In this document: positions 37,701 through 51,000 of the stretch, piece by piece
Numbering within the stretch: position 1 is the stretch's first letter
How the letters are laid out: every line of letters starts with the position of its first letter
Assembly (NCBI GenBank): GCA_036172245.1
Contig: JAYWIR010000009.1
Location: 1,302,001-1,366,000 of the forward strand
DNA: 64,000 bases
Reading direction: 5' to 3'
DNA from: Raillietiella orientalis
Taxonomy: Eukaryota
Program-made: the position numbers and the translations under genes
The notes under the pieces: model-generated
Databases searched by the model: none
The model's input: only the letters and a program-made list of their open reading frames with translations
Told to the model about the DNA's origin: nothing

Positions 37701-38331
37701 TTTCGGCAACAGTACGGAAGAAGCACGGAAGAAATTTCGAAACGGAGGCAGCGATGCCGTTCTTATAAAATCGAAATTTCCCCGAATGTGGGATTAAGGT
37801 TTGTGTTTTTGCAAAGCTTTTTTTTTTTTCCTGCATGTTCAGCTGCAGTCCTGAGCAAAAGCAGCGAAGGCTTGCTGTTCGGCGCCTTCCGAGGAGACAT
37901 TGAACGTTTGCAGTTGCAGGGGATGTCACGACTTGGGATTCTGCGGTGAACTTTCACGAGCATCGGGAAAGTCTATCTTATATGATCACTTATTTGAAAA
38001 AAGGAGAAATCCTATATCTTAGCAATAGTATTGTTGAAAAGCGTGTTTGCGTGACAGAGAATTCCAATTGCATATCTGGTGTCTGCATAGGTTAAAAGAA
38101 ATCCGTTGTTTACAAAGGTAAAATTGGAGTTCATAACTGTGCATTAACTCGTAGCTCGTATTTTGCAATTTGTGCATTCTGTTGTATTTTGCATGTTTCC
38201 GAAATTCTCGTTTTGTTTTATTGCGTCTTTTTGTCATTTTCAGAGTTTTTTAAAATTACAATGTTTGCATATTCAAACATATCACTTTTATAGTGAAATT
38301 TTCTACAGTGCAAGTTTTGACGTACTTTATT

Positions 38332-40783
38332 ATGGCCGCGGGAATCCTCATAAATGTAGATAATCATGTTGAAGCAAAAGGTGATAATAATACTTTGGAG
38401 GCCAATGAACAGTGTTCTCGAAATTCACGCAATATTAAATCAGCCTCAAAATTCAGAGGAGCAGAAGGTATAGATTCATGGAATCGAAGCTCAATATCCC
38501 AGATGAGTGACCAGAAGAAAGCAAAAAAAGTGAAATTTTTTCGGAATGGAGATAAATTTTTCAAGGGAGTTCTGTATGCCATAAATAATGATAAATTTCG
38601 CAGCTTTGAAAGCCTCTTAGCAGAACTTACCAGAGTACTATCTGATAAAATTAATCTTCCTTTTGGTGTGCGATATATCTTCACTTTAGAAGGAATAAAA
38701 GTGAGAACATTAGAGGAACTGCAGCATGGATGTAGCTATGTTTGCTCTAGTGCTGAAACTTTTAAAAAACTAGACTATGATAAGAATGAAACTCCAACTT
38801 GGAATCCCAAGAAGAGAGATGAATCTTTACCCTTATGTTCAGTTCCCTTGACTACTGTAACGAATAAAGTTAATCGTGTATCTCCATTTGGGAAAAATTT
38901 CATCAAGCCCAGATTGGTCACCATTATCCGTAATGGTGGGAAGCCTCGCAAAGCTTTCAGGATGTTACTCAATAAGAAAACTGCTCACTCCTTGGATCAG
39001 GTACTCAATGACATTACCAGGGAGATCAAGCTTGACAGTGGTGCTGTGAGAAAAGTGTATACAATGAAAGGTCTACAGGTGAGTATAATGCTGCTGATGA
39101 TGTGTATTTTTTCATTTTATGTTTGTTAGTTCTCCTTGATCACTTTTAGCATTTTTGTGGTGTTACTGTGTCTTCATGATGTCTCAAGTGTTTCTTTAAG
39201 TGCAAATTACCTTTTTTATTGCCTGCTTTCCTCGTGTTTGGTTTTTATTGTTTTCTGTAGGTGGTCAGTCTGGAGGACTTTTTCAAGGAAGATGATCTCT
39301 TTATTGCATATGGACCAGAAAAGATTTCTGGTGAAGACTTTGAAATTGATATTGAAGGTAAAAAATGGAAAAATTGATGTACAAAACTGTTTCCTTCAGA
39401 ACAAAAGAGTATTAATGCTTTGCTGAAGACTCCACCAGCACAAAGGAAAAAAGTTAGTGGTCTCACTCGTTTCAGCCATTCTGCCTGTGCTCCAGGTAAG
39501 TTAGAAAAAAAAATGGGAATGGGATCTCATGATTTACCTAACTGCTGTTTCTATCCTAGTCCAGAGAAATTCCTATCCCTGATCCCAAATACTATTGCAG
39601 TTTTCCTCATAAACCCATCATTTTTCCAAGTGGTTTTAACATCAAATAAAATATTATAAAATGAAATGATTGGGTCAGGGTGGTTGGGAGGTGATTGAGA
39701 AAATTTTTTGCAACAGGGGGACTTCATTGGTATCATAAATGGCAGTTCTGGCAGTCTCAGCATTCAGGACTTAGCAAAGACATGGCAAAGGAACACATGA
39801 TGCTTGTTGAAAAGAAATATCTGCTAGGCCGTGTCATAGGGACTGGGAATTTTGCCCTTGTCCATGAAAGCCGTTCCAGGTTAGGTGACTGGGCTGAATA
39901 GTGAACCACTTTTTCTCAGGGATACCCAGGAGGCCTTTGCCGTCAAAATCATTGAGCGTCAACGCTGCAATGCAACACAAAGGCAGTTGTCTACTATGGT
40001 GGATAATGAAGTGTCTGTGCTGCGTCAGTTGAATCATCCCAACATCATTCGGCTGGTGGAGGATATGAGCAATCCTTTTGCTCTGATCCTGGTCCTTGAG
40101 CTTGTGCCAGTGAGCAAAGGCTTTTTGTTGAGTTTGGCTTGTATCAGTATGTAGGGTGGTGATCTATTTGATGCCATTTCCAAATATGGATGTTTCCTGG
40201 AAAAAGATGCTCTCAGATTGACTGCTGATTTAGCTGCTGCATTGGTGTATCTGCATGAGCGCAACATTGTACATAGGGACATCAAACCGGAAAATCTGCT
40301 GGTATGCTGATTCTGCTCTTTGATTCTCCATCCCTGCTTGCAGGTTACATCCACTCTTTGTGATCACCTTAAACTAGGGGATTTTGGACTAGCTCAGTTG
40401 GTTACACAACCCCTGTTTTCTGTTTGTGGCACACCAACCTATGTGGCTCCTGAAATTCTAGCAGAAGTTGGCTATGGCTTGCTGGTGGATGTCTGGGCAA
40501 TGGGTGTTATTTTGTATTTGTTACTGTGTGGTTTCCCACCATTTGTCAGTGAGAGTAATGATCAAGAAGAGCTCTTTGAAAACATTCTCAGAGGACAGTT
40601 TTGCTTCCCCTCTCCATACTGGGATAATGTGTCAGAAAAGGCACAACAAATGATTGTCAGGATGCTTGTTGTTGATCCCGATGTTCGATGTCAAGCTCAA
40701 GAAATTTTCTCAGATTCTTGTACACAGGTAAGTCTTAAGGGACATGCTGCCTAGTTTTCAATTTTTTGTAGCTTCAGCTTTAA
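38332..40783 (+). CDS. DCLK: Doublecortin-like serine/threonine kinase (2 DCX domains plus CaMK-like kinase; DCLK/zyg-8 family), ~611 aa
   Basis: Exons 38332(start uncertain; alternative ATG 38503 or an upstream exon via the AG at 38359)-39078, 39261-39357, 39400-39495, 39717-39879, 39920-40109, 40155-40301, 40344-40727, 40772-40783, all in phase. [79 protein letters not shown]. Confidence 0.93.
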
Positions 40784-43259
40784 GATTTCTAGTCCACTCT
40801 TTTCAAGTTTGTAAGCTTACTGATATACCATCTGGAAAATGACTCAGCTGAAAATTCCATCTATTTTTGTTATAATTTTCTGTTATAGTTTTAAAAATTA
40901 TATGACCATGTGAAAAGTCTATTTTAATGTTTAACCTTTTAAGGGATGATGAGCATTGTCACCTCCCAAAAGTGCTCAAAAATGTCAAACATTATTGTTT
41001 TAAGTTTTTGTTTATTTTGATTTGAATCAGTAATGATACAAAAGGAAATTAAAAAAGCTTAACCAAAATTGTTGTTTTGAAGAACCCCTGTTAAGGTAAT
41101 TGCAGCAAACTTTGTCCAGACATTTAAGCATTATTTGAAAAGTCAATGCAGTTGAATTTGCCAGTCAGTGTATTTTATTAATTGCAGAAATATCACTATT
41201 ATGAGCATTTGTTGTATAAAAGGACTAAGTTCCTGCTTTAACATTTGCTTTAAAGAAAATTAATCCACAATTAATTTTATTTGCAGTGTTAATAAATATT
41301 TCATAATTCAGTACATGATTTAATATAATTTAATTTCATAATATAAAATGCAATCATGTATGCACGAAGTTTCAGCAAAAAAATCAAGATTCATGAGAAT
41401 ATCAAATGTTCAACTAAAGTTGCATTCTGAGGAATGGTAATTTTGTCCCTTCTGTATCCGATTTTTTAAATTTGCCTTTCCCACCCACAACAAAAGCCTT
41501 ATTTTCTTGCATAGTGTAACAATAAGCAAACTTTGTATTTGATCACGCCAGATTACTTTAGCTTGCGACGGTTTCTGGATGCTTGAAATACTTGTGATAT
41601 AGTATATCTTCAGATCAACTTTTGCAAATTACTCTGAATAGACATCATGTTACATAAGAAATAATGTTCCCAGTTCAATGTATGCAGTTGATAATTTTGA
41701 AAGAGGACATTTTTTTTTAGAATGGTAAGAATTCTTGGAATGGAATTGACCGACTATTCACAGTATCTTTGAAACATGTAAGACACGTTTCAGCATTAAA
41801 CATTTGAGCCCTTTTGCATATCAGATTTTCATAACAGGATTTTCAACTCGAACTTCCATTTTAACTACGCTCTAATCATTTCTCAACAGGTTCTGTTTTT
41901 GTTTGCTGCCAAAATATCATGTTTTGCACACACTGTATCCCATAAATCGTGTATTCTCTTATTCTTAAAATAAAACAATGAAATTGTTTACTTCAAGGAA
42001 AAATCATCTTGGAGGGTGGAACTCTAAAAGGTTGACCAAACTATTCATCAACCATGACCTCGCCATAAAACAAAAATTTACAGTACATGTTGTGGGAGTA
42101 ATATATCTTATTATATTTGCCTTTATTGTTTGTTCGTTTAGGTATTCCATTCAGTGAAATATGTGCACTGCTTAAACAACTTAAAGTTTCGAATCGGTAT
42201 CGGGCAACTCTGTTTCCGGTCCTAAATATGATTTATGGGCGGTTAAGTATTTTTTATGTAAAATCGTCACCACTGAAACTGCATTGCACCTTAATTTGAT
42301 GATGCCATGCAACCACGAATTTAAAAACTGCCATTTCAATCACGCTTGCCAGATATGAAAGTAAAAAAAAAAAGGAAGGATGCAAAATTGTCACAAAAGT
42401 ACTCCGAGCTTTGCAGCTTGCTTCTTGAAATAGCGAGGGCATTCGGAAGCAGACCGTACTTTTTTATTGCTTGTTTTTCACAGTGTGAAATTCTTTTTGT
42501 CTACAATTATTGGTTGAACCGTATCGGGCTTATTTAATCAAACGGATTTGCACTGGGGTTGTGTGCTTCCTTACAAAACTTCACGATCTAGAACAATGCG
42601 TAATATTGATTGAATATCTGTCTGGTTCTGTTGAATCATAGCTCGAATAAAGCTATTAAGCATCCTTTTTATTATGTCGCACTGGATTTGCATTTGTTCT
42701 CCTGATGGAATCAATTTATGTCTTGTAATTTAAAAACCATATCCTCAAGGCGAGTCAAGTGGTATTCATATTTTCCACGGGAAAACTTTAAATATTTAGG
42801 AAGTTTTTCTAACGAAATACATTCGTTTCTCTGAACACGATATATATATGATTGAGATTATAACGTTCTGTTTCCTATCAAATGAATATGTGTTGAACAC
42901 AACTCTTCCTGTGTCTGTTTTCGCTGCATTCTCAAGCTACTCAACTTTTGGTGATTTTGGAGGCTGCTAATGCTTTTTGATGAACTATTCATCTCTTGGA
43001 TCACCAATCCAACCATATTATCAGCCACAGTCAACTTCGTTCTCCATTGTAAGGGATCTAAAGGATCATTTTCAGCATTTTATCACATTTTGTACCTTAA
43101 TAACCTCTATTCTGAATCTAAAATGAAAGATCTTCACAAAACTGCAATTCATCTTGCACTGCTTTCTGATTGAAAAAAAGAATCATCCCATTTATCTCCT
43201 TAGATGTTTGGGTCAATATATCTCATCCCGATGCAAGGACTGTACTAATTTTTTTGTTT

Positions 43260-43320
43260 AAAAAAAAAATGTGGCACGGGCCGGAGAGACTCTACGTTGT
43301 ATTTGAAAAAAAAAAAATGT
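43260..43320 (+). mobile_element. Tiny 5'-truncated retro-insertion with A tail and A(n)TGT duplication
   Basis: AAAAAAAAAATGT at 43260-43272 and 43308-43320 flanks a 33-bp GC-richer insert. The target context is TTT/AAAA. Confidence 0.5.
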
Positions 43321-44189
43321 TATCGACTAATCTTTGAGCTAATAACCTATGAAGATCGCTGAACAGATACATTTTGCTAATCATCGCGAGATTCCAATTT
43401 TTTTTTTTTTTTCCCCCACCTATATAATCGTGCTTTCTATAAGCATCCCACCATTTTCGTCTTTAGTTTTCAGTGAAAGCCACTGTAAACTACAAATTCA
43501 TATTTAAAGGTATGTCAAAGATGACACAGTTGGTTACCAAGTACTTAGTTGCGGCAGCACTCATATATGTGAATGTGTCTAGTGTAATGTGCACATTGAA
43601 GTTTTTTATCTCAGCAGCATCTACAAATTTTCAATAGGACAAATTACAGCATATTGGAGAAAAATATAAACACGAAAATGAAGCAGTCACCCAAGAAAAT
43701 AGGCACTTGCGCTGTCTTCTTGGCATCGAAACGTGGTCGTGGAAGAATAAAGCACCAAACGTTGCATACCTCTACTTGTGCAGTTCAGTTAGTTATAAAT
43801 CACGTTGATGGGGAGCAGAAGTAAGATTGAAACATATTTGATCGAGAAGTCATGCTTTCGGAAATAAATAATAATAATCATACGGACTCTGTAAGATCTC
43901 CGAAGGATAAATATAGGACAGAATCTCTTATCAGCTATCAACAAACTACCAAGCAATGAGACCGATCTCATCGCTAATATTAGGTTTTTCAATATTATGA
44001 TGCTGCTACATTTTGTGCTTACTAAGCAGTAGATCTAAACACGACTTAGTAGAGACGCTTCAAGGAAAAACAACTTCAAGAGGGGGTATGATAGGAATGC
44101 GTAATGAAATGAACTTCAAAATGATAAAGCCTAATTTAGTAGTTAAGTTAGGTTAGGAAAGTATAATTTATTTGGGGTGGGAGAAGAGC

Positions 44190-44269
44190 AGTCAATTTCT
44201 CTTCAGTGCCGTTGATCATTCTCATTCATGAGCATAAGAATGATCAACAGTACTGAAGAGAAATTGACT
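44190..44269. repeat. 80-bp near-perfect palindrome (36-bp arms, 3 mismatches), MITE-like
   Basis: AGTCAATTTCTCTTCAGTGCCGTTGATCATTCTCAT-tcatgagc-ATAAGAATGATCAACAGTACTGAAGAGAAATTGACT. Confidence 0.9.
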
Positions 44270-45199
44270 AACATAAAAGTAATCGTTGAGAGATGCTCGG
44301 GTGAAAGAAAATACCTATCAAAACCCATTCTTCTTTTATATAATTAGTTTGCATGGAAGAGGAGTTTCTGCTGTAAATATACTCTAGAATTCCTAACAGC
44401 TCAGCTTCTTTGATGCCTTGATCATGAAAGGGAAAACGAAGCTTTCAAAGTACGCTACCCTTGTCTGTGCAACTTTATCATCCAAGGAAGGAAGATCAGT
44501 AGTCTGCCTCGTGCATTTAAGAACAGTAAAACCTAAATGACAAATCAGGCACGTAAGAAGCACATCCTTTCGTCTTAGGGAGACAAAGAGTGAGGACTAA
44601 TCTCCGCGCCTATCAGAACTTATTCTAAACACGGATATCTACTTGCGATTTATTACATCGTGTTTCATTCCCTTTGATGCAAGAGAGTATTCGGAGGGAG
44701 ATTCAAGGAAGCATCCTGCGGGCACACATTCAGAAGAATGATTTTCTTCTGAGGTTCGAGGGTTGTCCAGCTAGACGGGGAGAAAACCGTCGAAAAAAAG
44801 GTTTCCACCCTAAGTCCATGGGGTCGCGTATTGCTCCAAGGAAGCACACGGACCCACAAATAGGTGGGAATATCTTTGTTCGGTTTCTTTCACTTCCAAT
44901 TGCACGATTCGGAACGGTTTGGATTCTGAAATCTCTCCATTTGGGAATGTCCTCGGTCTGCTTCTGTATTCCTTTCCATTTGGGTGAAAAATCTCAACAA
45001 ACCGTGCCTTTGTAGCTTGCGAATCAGCAGCTAACGCCGTTCGGGAAATATTCCCAAATTATCGCTCTTCTAATCATCTTAAAGAAGTTGTAACGGCCGA
45101 ATGATCTTTTATTAGCATTTTCTTTCCTTTCTCTTAGAGAGTTATGCTTATCGATGTGCTGCTTGACTTGAAGATTCGAAGGTTCATTTCTGATCTAAC

Positions 45200-46380
45200 T
45201 GAAATTCTACTCAAGCGTCTATACTGCTTTCTGGAATCCCTTTGCTAAGCTGACCCTTTGTCCGGTTTTGGTAATGACCCGAACATACGTCTCTTTTCGG
45301 TTTCCTTTCTCTTCTGGCGTTCCGAAACAATTTGTTTTCAGATCTTGCAGTTTCTTGAGGATCACTGATTCCCAGTTATCCACGGCTTTCAAAGTTTTTT
45401 GGGATGCTCGCCAGAGTTGACCCCCTCCCATGATTCTGAGTCCTCCCAGTTTTTCGATCCCAATTCTGTGGGATCTTGTTCCCCAGGTCCCAAGCAATCT
45501 TCTCTGCCAGCGCCCTGCTTCCCAACGGATACTTCACAGGCCACCCTTTAGTCATCTTCACCTGCTCCACAGATGATCCCTTTCCACCTGCCAAGCAACT
45601 GGAAATTCGCCAGGGACATCAAAGGGCGGTTTTATTACTATCATAAGAAATATCTCTGCCCGCAGTGGATCCTCCCCTCGACATAAGTGAGGACTCCTCC
45701 GACGATGCGTATAGCTCCAGCACGAGTGAGGAGAGTGAAGAAGACAAAGTTATGTCCTTCACATTTTCGAGAAGTGCAACTGTCCTCCGTTGGTTCTTAC
45801 AGAGGGAAAAAATCCTAACATCTTTCTCTTTCATAGTAGAGCGCGTGCTTACGCGTGCTCTACGGGCACTCTGTAGATGACCAGTGATTACCGAACACTT
45901 TCCAATTGGTGGATACAATACTTAATAACAGTACGTACAATACTCACTAACAGTCGAAGGGAAGCACCCGCAAGGCATTTCCACGTGCTCCGAAAGTCCC
46001 CGCTGGAATGCGGGGACTTTCGAAGCCACCCGTTTTCGGGCCCACCCGCTGGGCCTTCTGATTCCTTGAAGTTTCCGAGGGATGGACCTTCGTGGCTCCG
46101 AGAGCGACAGGAATCGCATTCGGCGAGCTGGATGCAGAGTGTCTCCACGGCGGCCGCTTCCTGAGGGACAAAACAGGTTTCAGGCAGGTGCGAGGGCTCT
46201 GACCTATCGCAAGGCGAGGTGCGACAGCGAGACGCCGTTCTTGCGGAGGAGAGGGAACGGGGAGAGGACCCATCGAGGGGTCCACTCGTCCCTTTTTTCT
46301 TTCATCCTCAGTAAGCAAGAAATCCCAAACGTACCCTATGCTTTCATATCCAAAAAGTGTGCCGGGGAAACACAATGGGG
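45200..46380 (-). mobile_element. L1/Tx1-like ORF2 fragments (zf-RVT-like and post-RT segments)
   Basis: SLSHLAL..ETCFVP..VETLCIQLAECD near 46.1 kb and EKLGGLRI (cf. GGLG) near 45.45 kb. Confidence 0.45.
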
Positions 46381-46471
46381 CTAGATTAGGGGCAGGTGGG
46401 GTGTCGCTTCAGAGGGGGCTACACGATCACTCGAGCTGCTGCTTTGGGTTACTACGCACGTGTGTCGTTCC

Positions 46472-47407
46472 TCTTCTTTTTTTTCTATTTAAAAGACCAG
46501 CAGCGTCCTTACGGAGAGGTCGTTACTATCCGTCTCGGATGATGCGAATCCTTTGGGGTTCTTCTGTCTCGCTGCTTCCCTCCCAGCTTTTTTATTTTAT
46601 TTTATTTTATTTTTTGGGGTGAATGGGTGGAGTGAGGTTCCCTTCATTTGGTTTGCCAAATGCTGAAGAATCGCTCGTCTTCTTAGTCCCTCCCCCCACC
46701 CGAAGCCTTTCGACGCTGCCCACGCCACCCGAGGGTGCGTGTGACTCTTCGGTTTATAGGGTGTAACCATGGAGGAGACTGCCCTTTGAATCCAGGAAGG
46801 GACTCCGGAGGAAGCAGACCGTTCCTCTTACGCTTGGGTGGGAATCCCGAAGGGAACTCTCGCCCTGGTTGTCTCCAGAGGGAACTCCGAGAAGATCCGC
46901 TCCTGGAATTCCTTCTCCGGAGGGAACCTCCGCAAGGGAACCGCTCCTTGTTTTCCTCCTTCTCTGAAGAGAATCCCAGAGGGACGCTTCCCGATTTCTC
47001 TCTGAAGGTAGCGCTCGTTGAAGGGATCAGCGTCCTTCTCAGCGCTCTGGAGGGAGGCATCAACCAGCTCGATAGTCGCGGTGGAGGGGACCTCCCGGAG
47101 AGGGGAGAGGGAGAAGGGGGCGACTCTATTTGCACAAACGGAGGAGAACCCCGAAGAGCTCCTGGATTCCCGGAAGGATTCCGGAGGAGGGTCGAATTCC
47201 ATCGCGGACAGTCAACGGGGGCAGTCGGCTTCCACTGGATCCACACCCGAAGTCTACAGGCCAACGAGCGTCATCTTGCGGGGGTCTCGAAAATCACCAC
47301 GCACCGCGTGTTCTCGGGGGCGTCGATTCTCCACGCAGGGATTCGAACCCGCAGCGGTCGGTGTCACGCGCGGAGCCCGCCGCAGCCACACGGCCGCCCA
47401 TGAGGAC
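46472..47407 (-). mobile_element. Second near-full-length, diverged copy of the tRNA-derived SINE
   Basis: The minus strand starts GTCCTCATGGGCGGCCGTGTGG..GCGGGTTCGAATCCC, which aligns to 243-310. It shares the internal repeat block and ends GGATTCGCATCATC..ATAGTAACGACC..CGCTGCTGGTCTTTTAAATAGAAAAAAAAG, like 1196-1260. No clear TSD. Confidence 0.85.
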
Positions 47408-47409
47408 CC

Positions 47410-48550
47410 CCACCCCCCTTCCGGAGAACACGAAGCGATGCGTTTTCCGGTTTCTTCGCCCATCAGGAATCGCCACCGTGGAGTTCCCTGGTCATCACCG
47501 GTTCCATCCCACGTAGACGAGGAGAAAGGGATAAACATTCGGCGTCTCAGACGCGGAGGCTGAAATCTCCCGGAGCGATCGCAGGCTGTTTCGGGACCGA
47601 TGTATCCCTTTGGCGTCGGGAGCGTGAACGCACCGCATGGAATACCAACATGGGCTATTAGGAGGATTCCCGGGGACAAACGTCAACATTCCCTAATGGC
47701 TTTCCCAATAGAGCTCCGGGATGGAGGGAGGAGAGAGAGGAGGAGCAGGTGTGGACGTCGCGCCCCTGCTAGCCGGCGGCGCCTCTGAAGTTTCCCCAGA
47801 GCCCTTCCTCGGAAGCAGAGCCTCCCACCCCCTCTGTCTAGTGGGGATAGAGACCAGGAACCAGGCGGGAGTCGCTCGGGCTGCAACTGGTCACACTCAG
47901 CTCAGGAGAGACGGAGGTGCCATCTGCCGACGGGAAGCGGTGCGGAGGCTACTCCGCTCACGGAAAAATCGGGAGCTAGAATGCGCTCAGTGGCATTCCC
48001 GGGAACCCACGAGCCAGGAGACAGCCGTTTACTTCTGTCTGGATCGCATCCCTCCCTCTCCGCCCGGGTCCTTCGGATTCCTCCGAGCGGTTTCCAAGTA
48101 TCGTTGCAGGGAGAAACCAAGGAGGGATAGGGGCAGAGGGTCTCTTCGATGGGAGACGAAATTCCCGACGACCCCAAAAGGAAGGGAAAAAGTGGCATGA
48201 AAGGTTTCGTACGCTCTTCCCGAGACCTCCCATCCCCGTTCCGAGAGTTGCGAACCCAGACCTGGCGCGGGCAAGGGACAACAAGCTGTTCTCGGAGCGT
48301 GTCCGGAACGCCTGCGGTGCTGCCGGCAGTTCGGGGCAGTTATGGAAGCGTTCCCCTCCTAACCAGGGATGGGATGTCTCAAGCAAGAGCGTGTCGGGTC
48401 GCCTGGGAAACCTCCCGCGGTTTGGAAGCGTCGACTTGGTCTTTGAGAGACTTGATTGGATGCTTCTGTATCCCGTCGTCTCTGCTTTTTTTCCTGGGTC
48501 GGGTTCCTTCCTAGGCTCCTGAGACGCACTCCGGGAAGTAAGTCGCCCAC
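47410..48550 (-). mobile_element. LINE APE-domain remnant
   Basis: LPFGVVGNF (cf. IIGGDFN), PDFSVSG..GRWHL (cf. FT..DRFY) and a YW-K-like motif near 47700. Confidence 0.5.
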
Positions 48551-48949
48551 GCTCCCCCTTATCCTACGGGGTCTTCTGACCCGCTCTCTTCCAGTGGGCC
48601 CCTCGCGTGGAAAGAGGAACAGCAGGCAAAGGAACGTGTCTGCCGAAAGTGTCCCCAGTCACTCGCCCGTTCGTCGCCTTCGAAAGGCCTCACCGTCTCT
48701 GCAAGGTCCCGGCCGCAGAGCCGCTGCTTGGCGCGTCCTGCGAAGGCGGGCGGGAAAGTCCCATCTACCGTGACCGCTCGACCGCCTCCGATCTTTCCCA
48801 GAAGCCATCACGCTCCCCGTCAGATTCGACCTCCTCCTCCGTGCTCCCTCGTGGTGCTCCTTGCGCTCCAAAAGAGTGGAGATGGCCTCTCCGCTCCCTC
48901 CCAAGGAAAGCGCTCGCTGCGCATACCGAACAAGGGGGTGACTTGGAAC

Positions 48950-49550
48950 AGGAAGCCGCGGGTGGAACAGTGACACATACGAAGTGAGCTCGTTTGAGTT
49001 CCCGACCCATGCTCATGCCGTTACTTGAGGCATGCCTCCCACCCATGCTGCGACAGTCCAAGGGACTTTCCTAGAAGAGGAGCAAGGAGGGATTTTGTGG
49101 AAGCAGTTCAGCAAGGCGGGAACACTCCAGTCGGGCAGCGCAGGGGATGCGCCTACCTATGGAGTCGCTCGGTGCAGGAGAGGGAGGAGATTGCGCAGAG
49201 ACGCTGCGGAGACCCCGGTGCCGGTGCAGGTTGGTCATGCTGTTTGTCTGGGCCCCGCCGCCGGCCTGGACCTTTCCTTGTTTCACGAGCGCTCCGTTAC
49301 TTCCTGGAGGGTTCGGGAGCACCCTCTCCCTCCAGTGGGGAGATGGCTAGAGGTCGGCAGCCGCTACCACGCGGTTCGGATGCGCTTCCCGTCGCCACGG
49401 TGAAGCCTGACTACCGCCCGCCGCGCCAGAGCATGCAGTCCCGCGTCGCACTCGTCTGTTGCCCGTGCACCTCCTCCCACCCACCCCTCCTTTGCCTTTT
49501 ATCGAGAAAAAGGGGCCTTCTAATTCACATACGGGAAGTAAGAACGGGAA
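48950..49550 (+). mobile_element. LINE ORF1-like fragment with a decayed zinc knuckle
   Basis: RWLEVGSRYHAVRMRF followed by VCCPCTSSHPPLLC (C..C...H....C spacing). Confidence 0.4.
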
Positions 49551-49689
49551 GGGTCTCGTCGGGACGAAGGGAGAATATCCTGTATCCCTGGACGTGGTAA
49601 CGTAGCCTTTCTTGGACATTTTTACTGTCCTCCTTGCTGCTGCTTCTTTTGAGAGGAAGGAGAAGACGACTAGGATGATCGTTTCAGCG

Positions 49690-51000
49690 CTCAGCCTCCT
49701 CCCAGCCTAGGGAGCGCTTCGCCCACTGGGAGACGGACGCGGGAGTGGGCCTACCGGTCGGGAAGGCGTCGGAGGGCCAGTCTGCGAAGCCAAGCGAGGA
49801 ACGGAGACCCACGACCCTGACGATGCCTAGAGATGTCTGAGGGATTATCTTCTCAGACCGCGTCGTTGCTGGCCGCATCGTCCGGTCGACAGGAAGGGAT
49901 GCGAGCATTCCCTGCTGAAGAGGAGGGAGGAATCGGGAAGGCGCCGTGCTCTTCGCGGTCACAGCGTATCCCGAATTCCCCTGGCGTTGGCTTGCCGCTG
50001 GTAGAAGCATCTTAGAGACGGAACAGTCCTGAGCCTCCCAACGCCTCCTCGCGCAGGGCGGGACATTCCTTGTGCCTTGAGGATGCTCCGCGCGCATCCG
50101 CATTCGTGTGGCGCTTCGACTTCCTTGCTTGGTGACCGGCCACAGCTGCTCACAGAGAGGATCTGCGGTCATTCTGCGCTTACTCTGCGGGAAACGGTAT
50201 TCCCCGCCCATCGCACGCCACCCTGGGGGAAGTATCCGGCACACACGGACCCCGGGAGACGCACGCCGAGCGGAAGGCGAAGGAACGGGGTCATCTCTCC
50301 TCAGTCCCGCAGCCAGGCGCGGCTTTCTCAGGTCCACGTCCGGATTCGAGCCTTCCCACTCCCGGGGTGCGATGCAGGGACCAGGCGCTCGTCAAGGGAC
50401 CACCCGCGGCGGAGTCCAGTAAGCATCCTTCCTCTCTCGGTTGACCTCGCGCTGTGCCCAGGGAATTGATTCTCCAGAAGCGGAGGCAAAGGGGTGACGT
50501 CAGCGGTCCACAGGAGAGGAGAGGAGATGCTCATGCACTCGGGTTCTCTTGGGTCTGTCTTTCCCGCCCCGCCCGAGGGGCCCGTTCAGGAGAAGTCTGG
50601 CGCGCACGACTTGCTGCCGCCTTTGGCGGAGACAAACGGACAGGAGCAGTTCATTCGGAGGGGAAGTCGGGACGAGGACAGGAAGGAGGCGGGAGGCGGG
50701 AGAGGGAGAAACCCGTGGGTGGGGACAAGCCTTCCAGTGGCCAGCCGGACGACAAGGAGAGGGAAGAGTAGGGCATGGAGGGAGGAGGAGCCGGTGGCTG
50801 GCATAAAATCCCGACTGGCCGTCTCCTCTTCCGCACACGGGCTCGGGAAACCCGAGAGTGCGGTGTGCCGTGTGCGCCTCCATGAGGAGCATTGCTTCTG
50901 GAAAGCACTATGCCCATCACGTGCGCTTCCCAGATGGGCAGGGTGGGGAGAGGGGGGGCATCCTCCTTACCTTTCCGGACTCCTCCCTTTTCCTGAGCGC
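49690..51000 (-). mobile_element. L1/Tx1-like RT remnant
   Basis: Minus strand RTLGFPEP..FYA, LLLNGPL, LLWTADVT (cf. LFADDVT), EVNRERK (cf. KVN.EKS) and LGGSGL (cf. GGLG), in the expected order. Confidence 0.6.

Noticed and set aside
37524..37949. Upstream coding exon(s) of DCLK
   Set aside because: A phase-compatible donor exists at ~37946, but that frame has an upstream stop and no ATG. Treated as possible 5'UTR or promoter.
44660..44860. Fourth SINE copy
   Set aside because: Only scattered short word matches; could not be aligned by eye.
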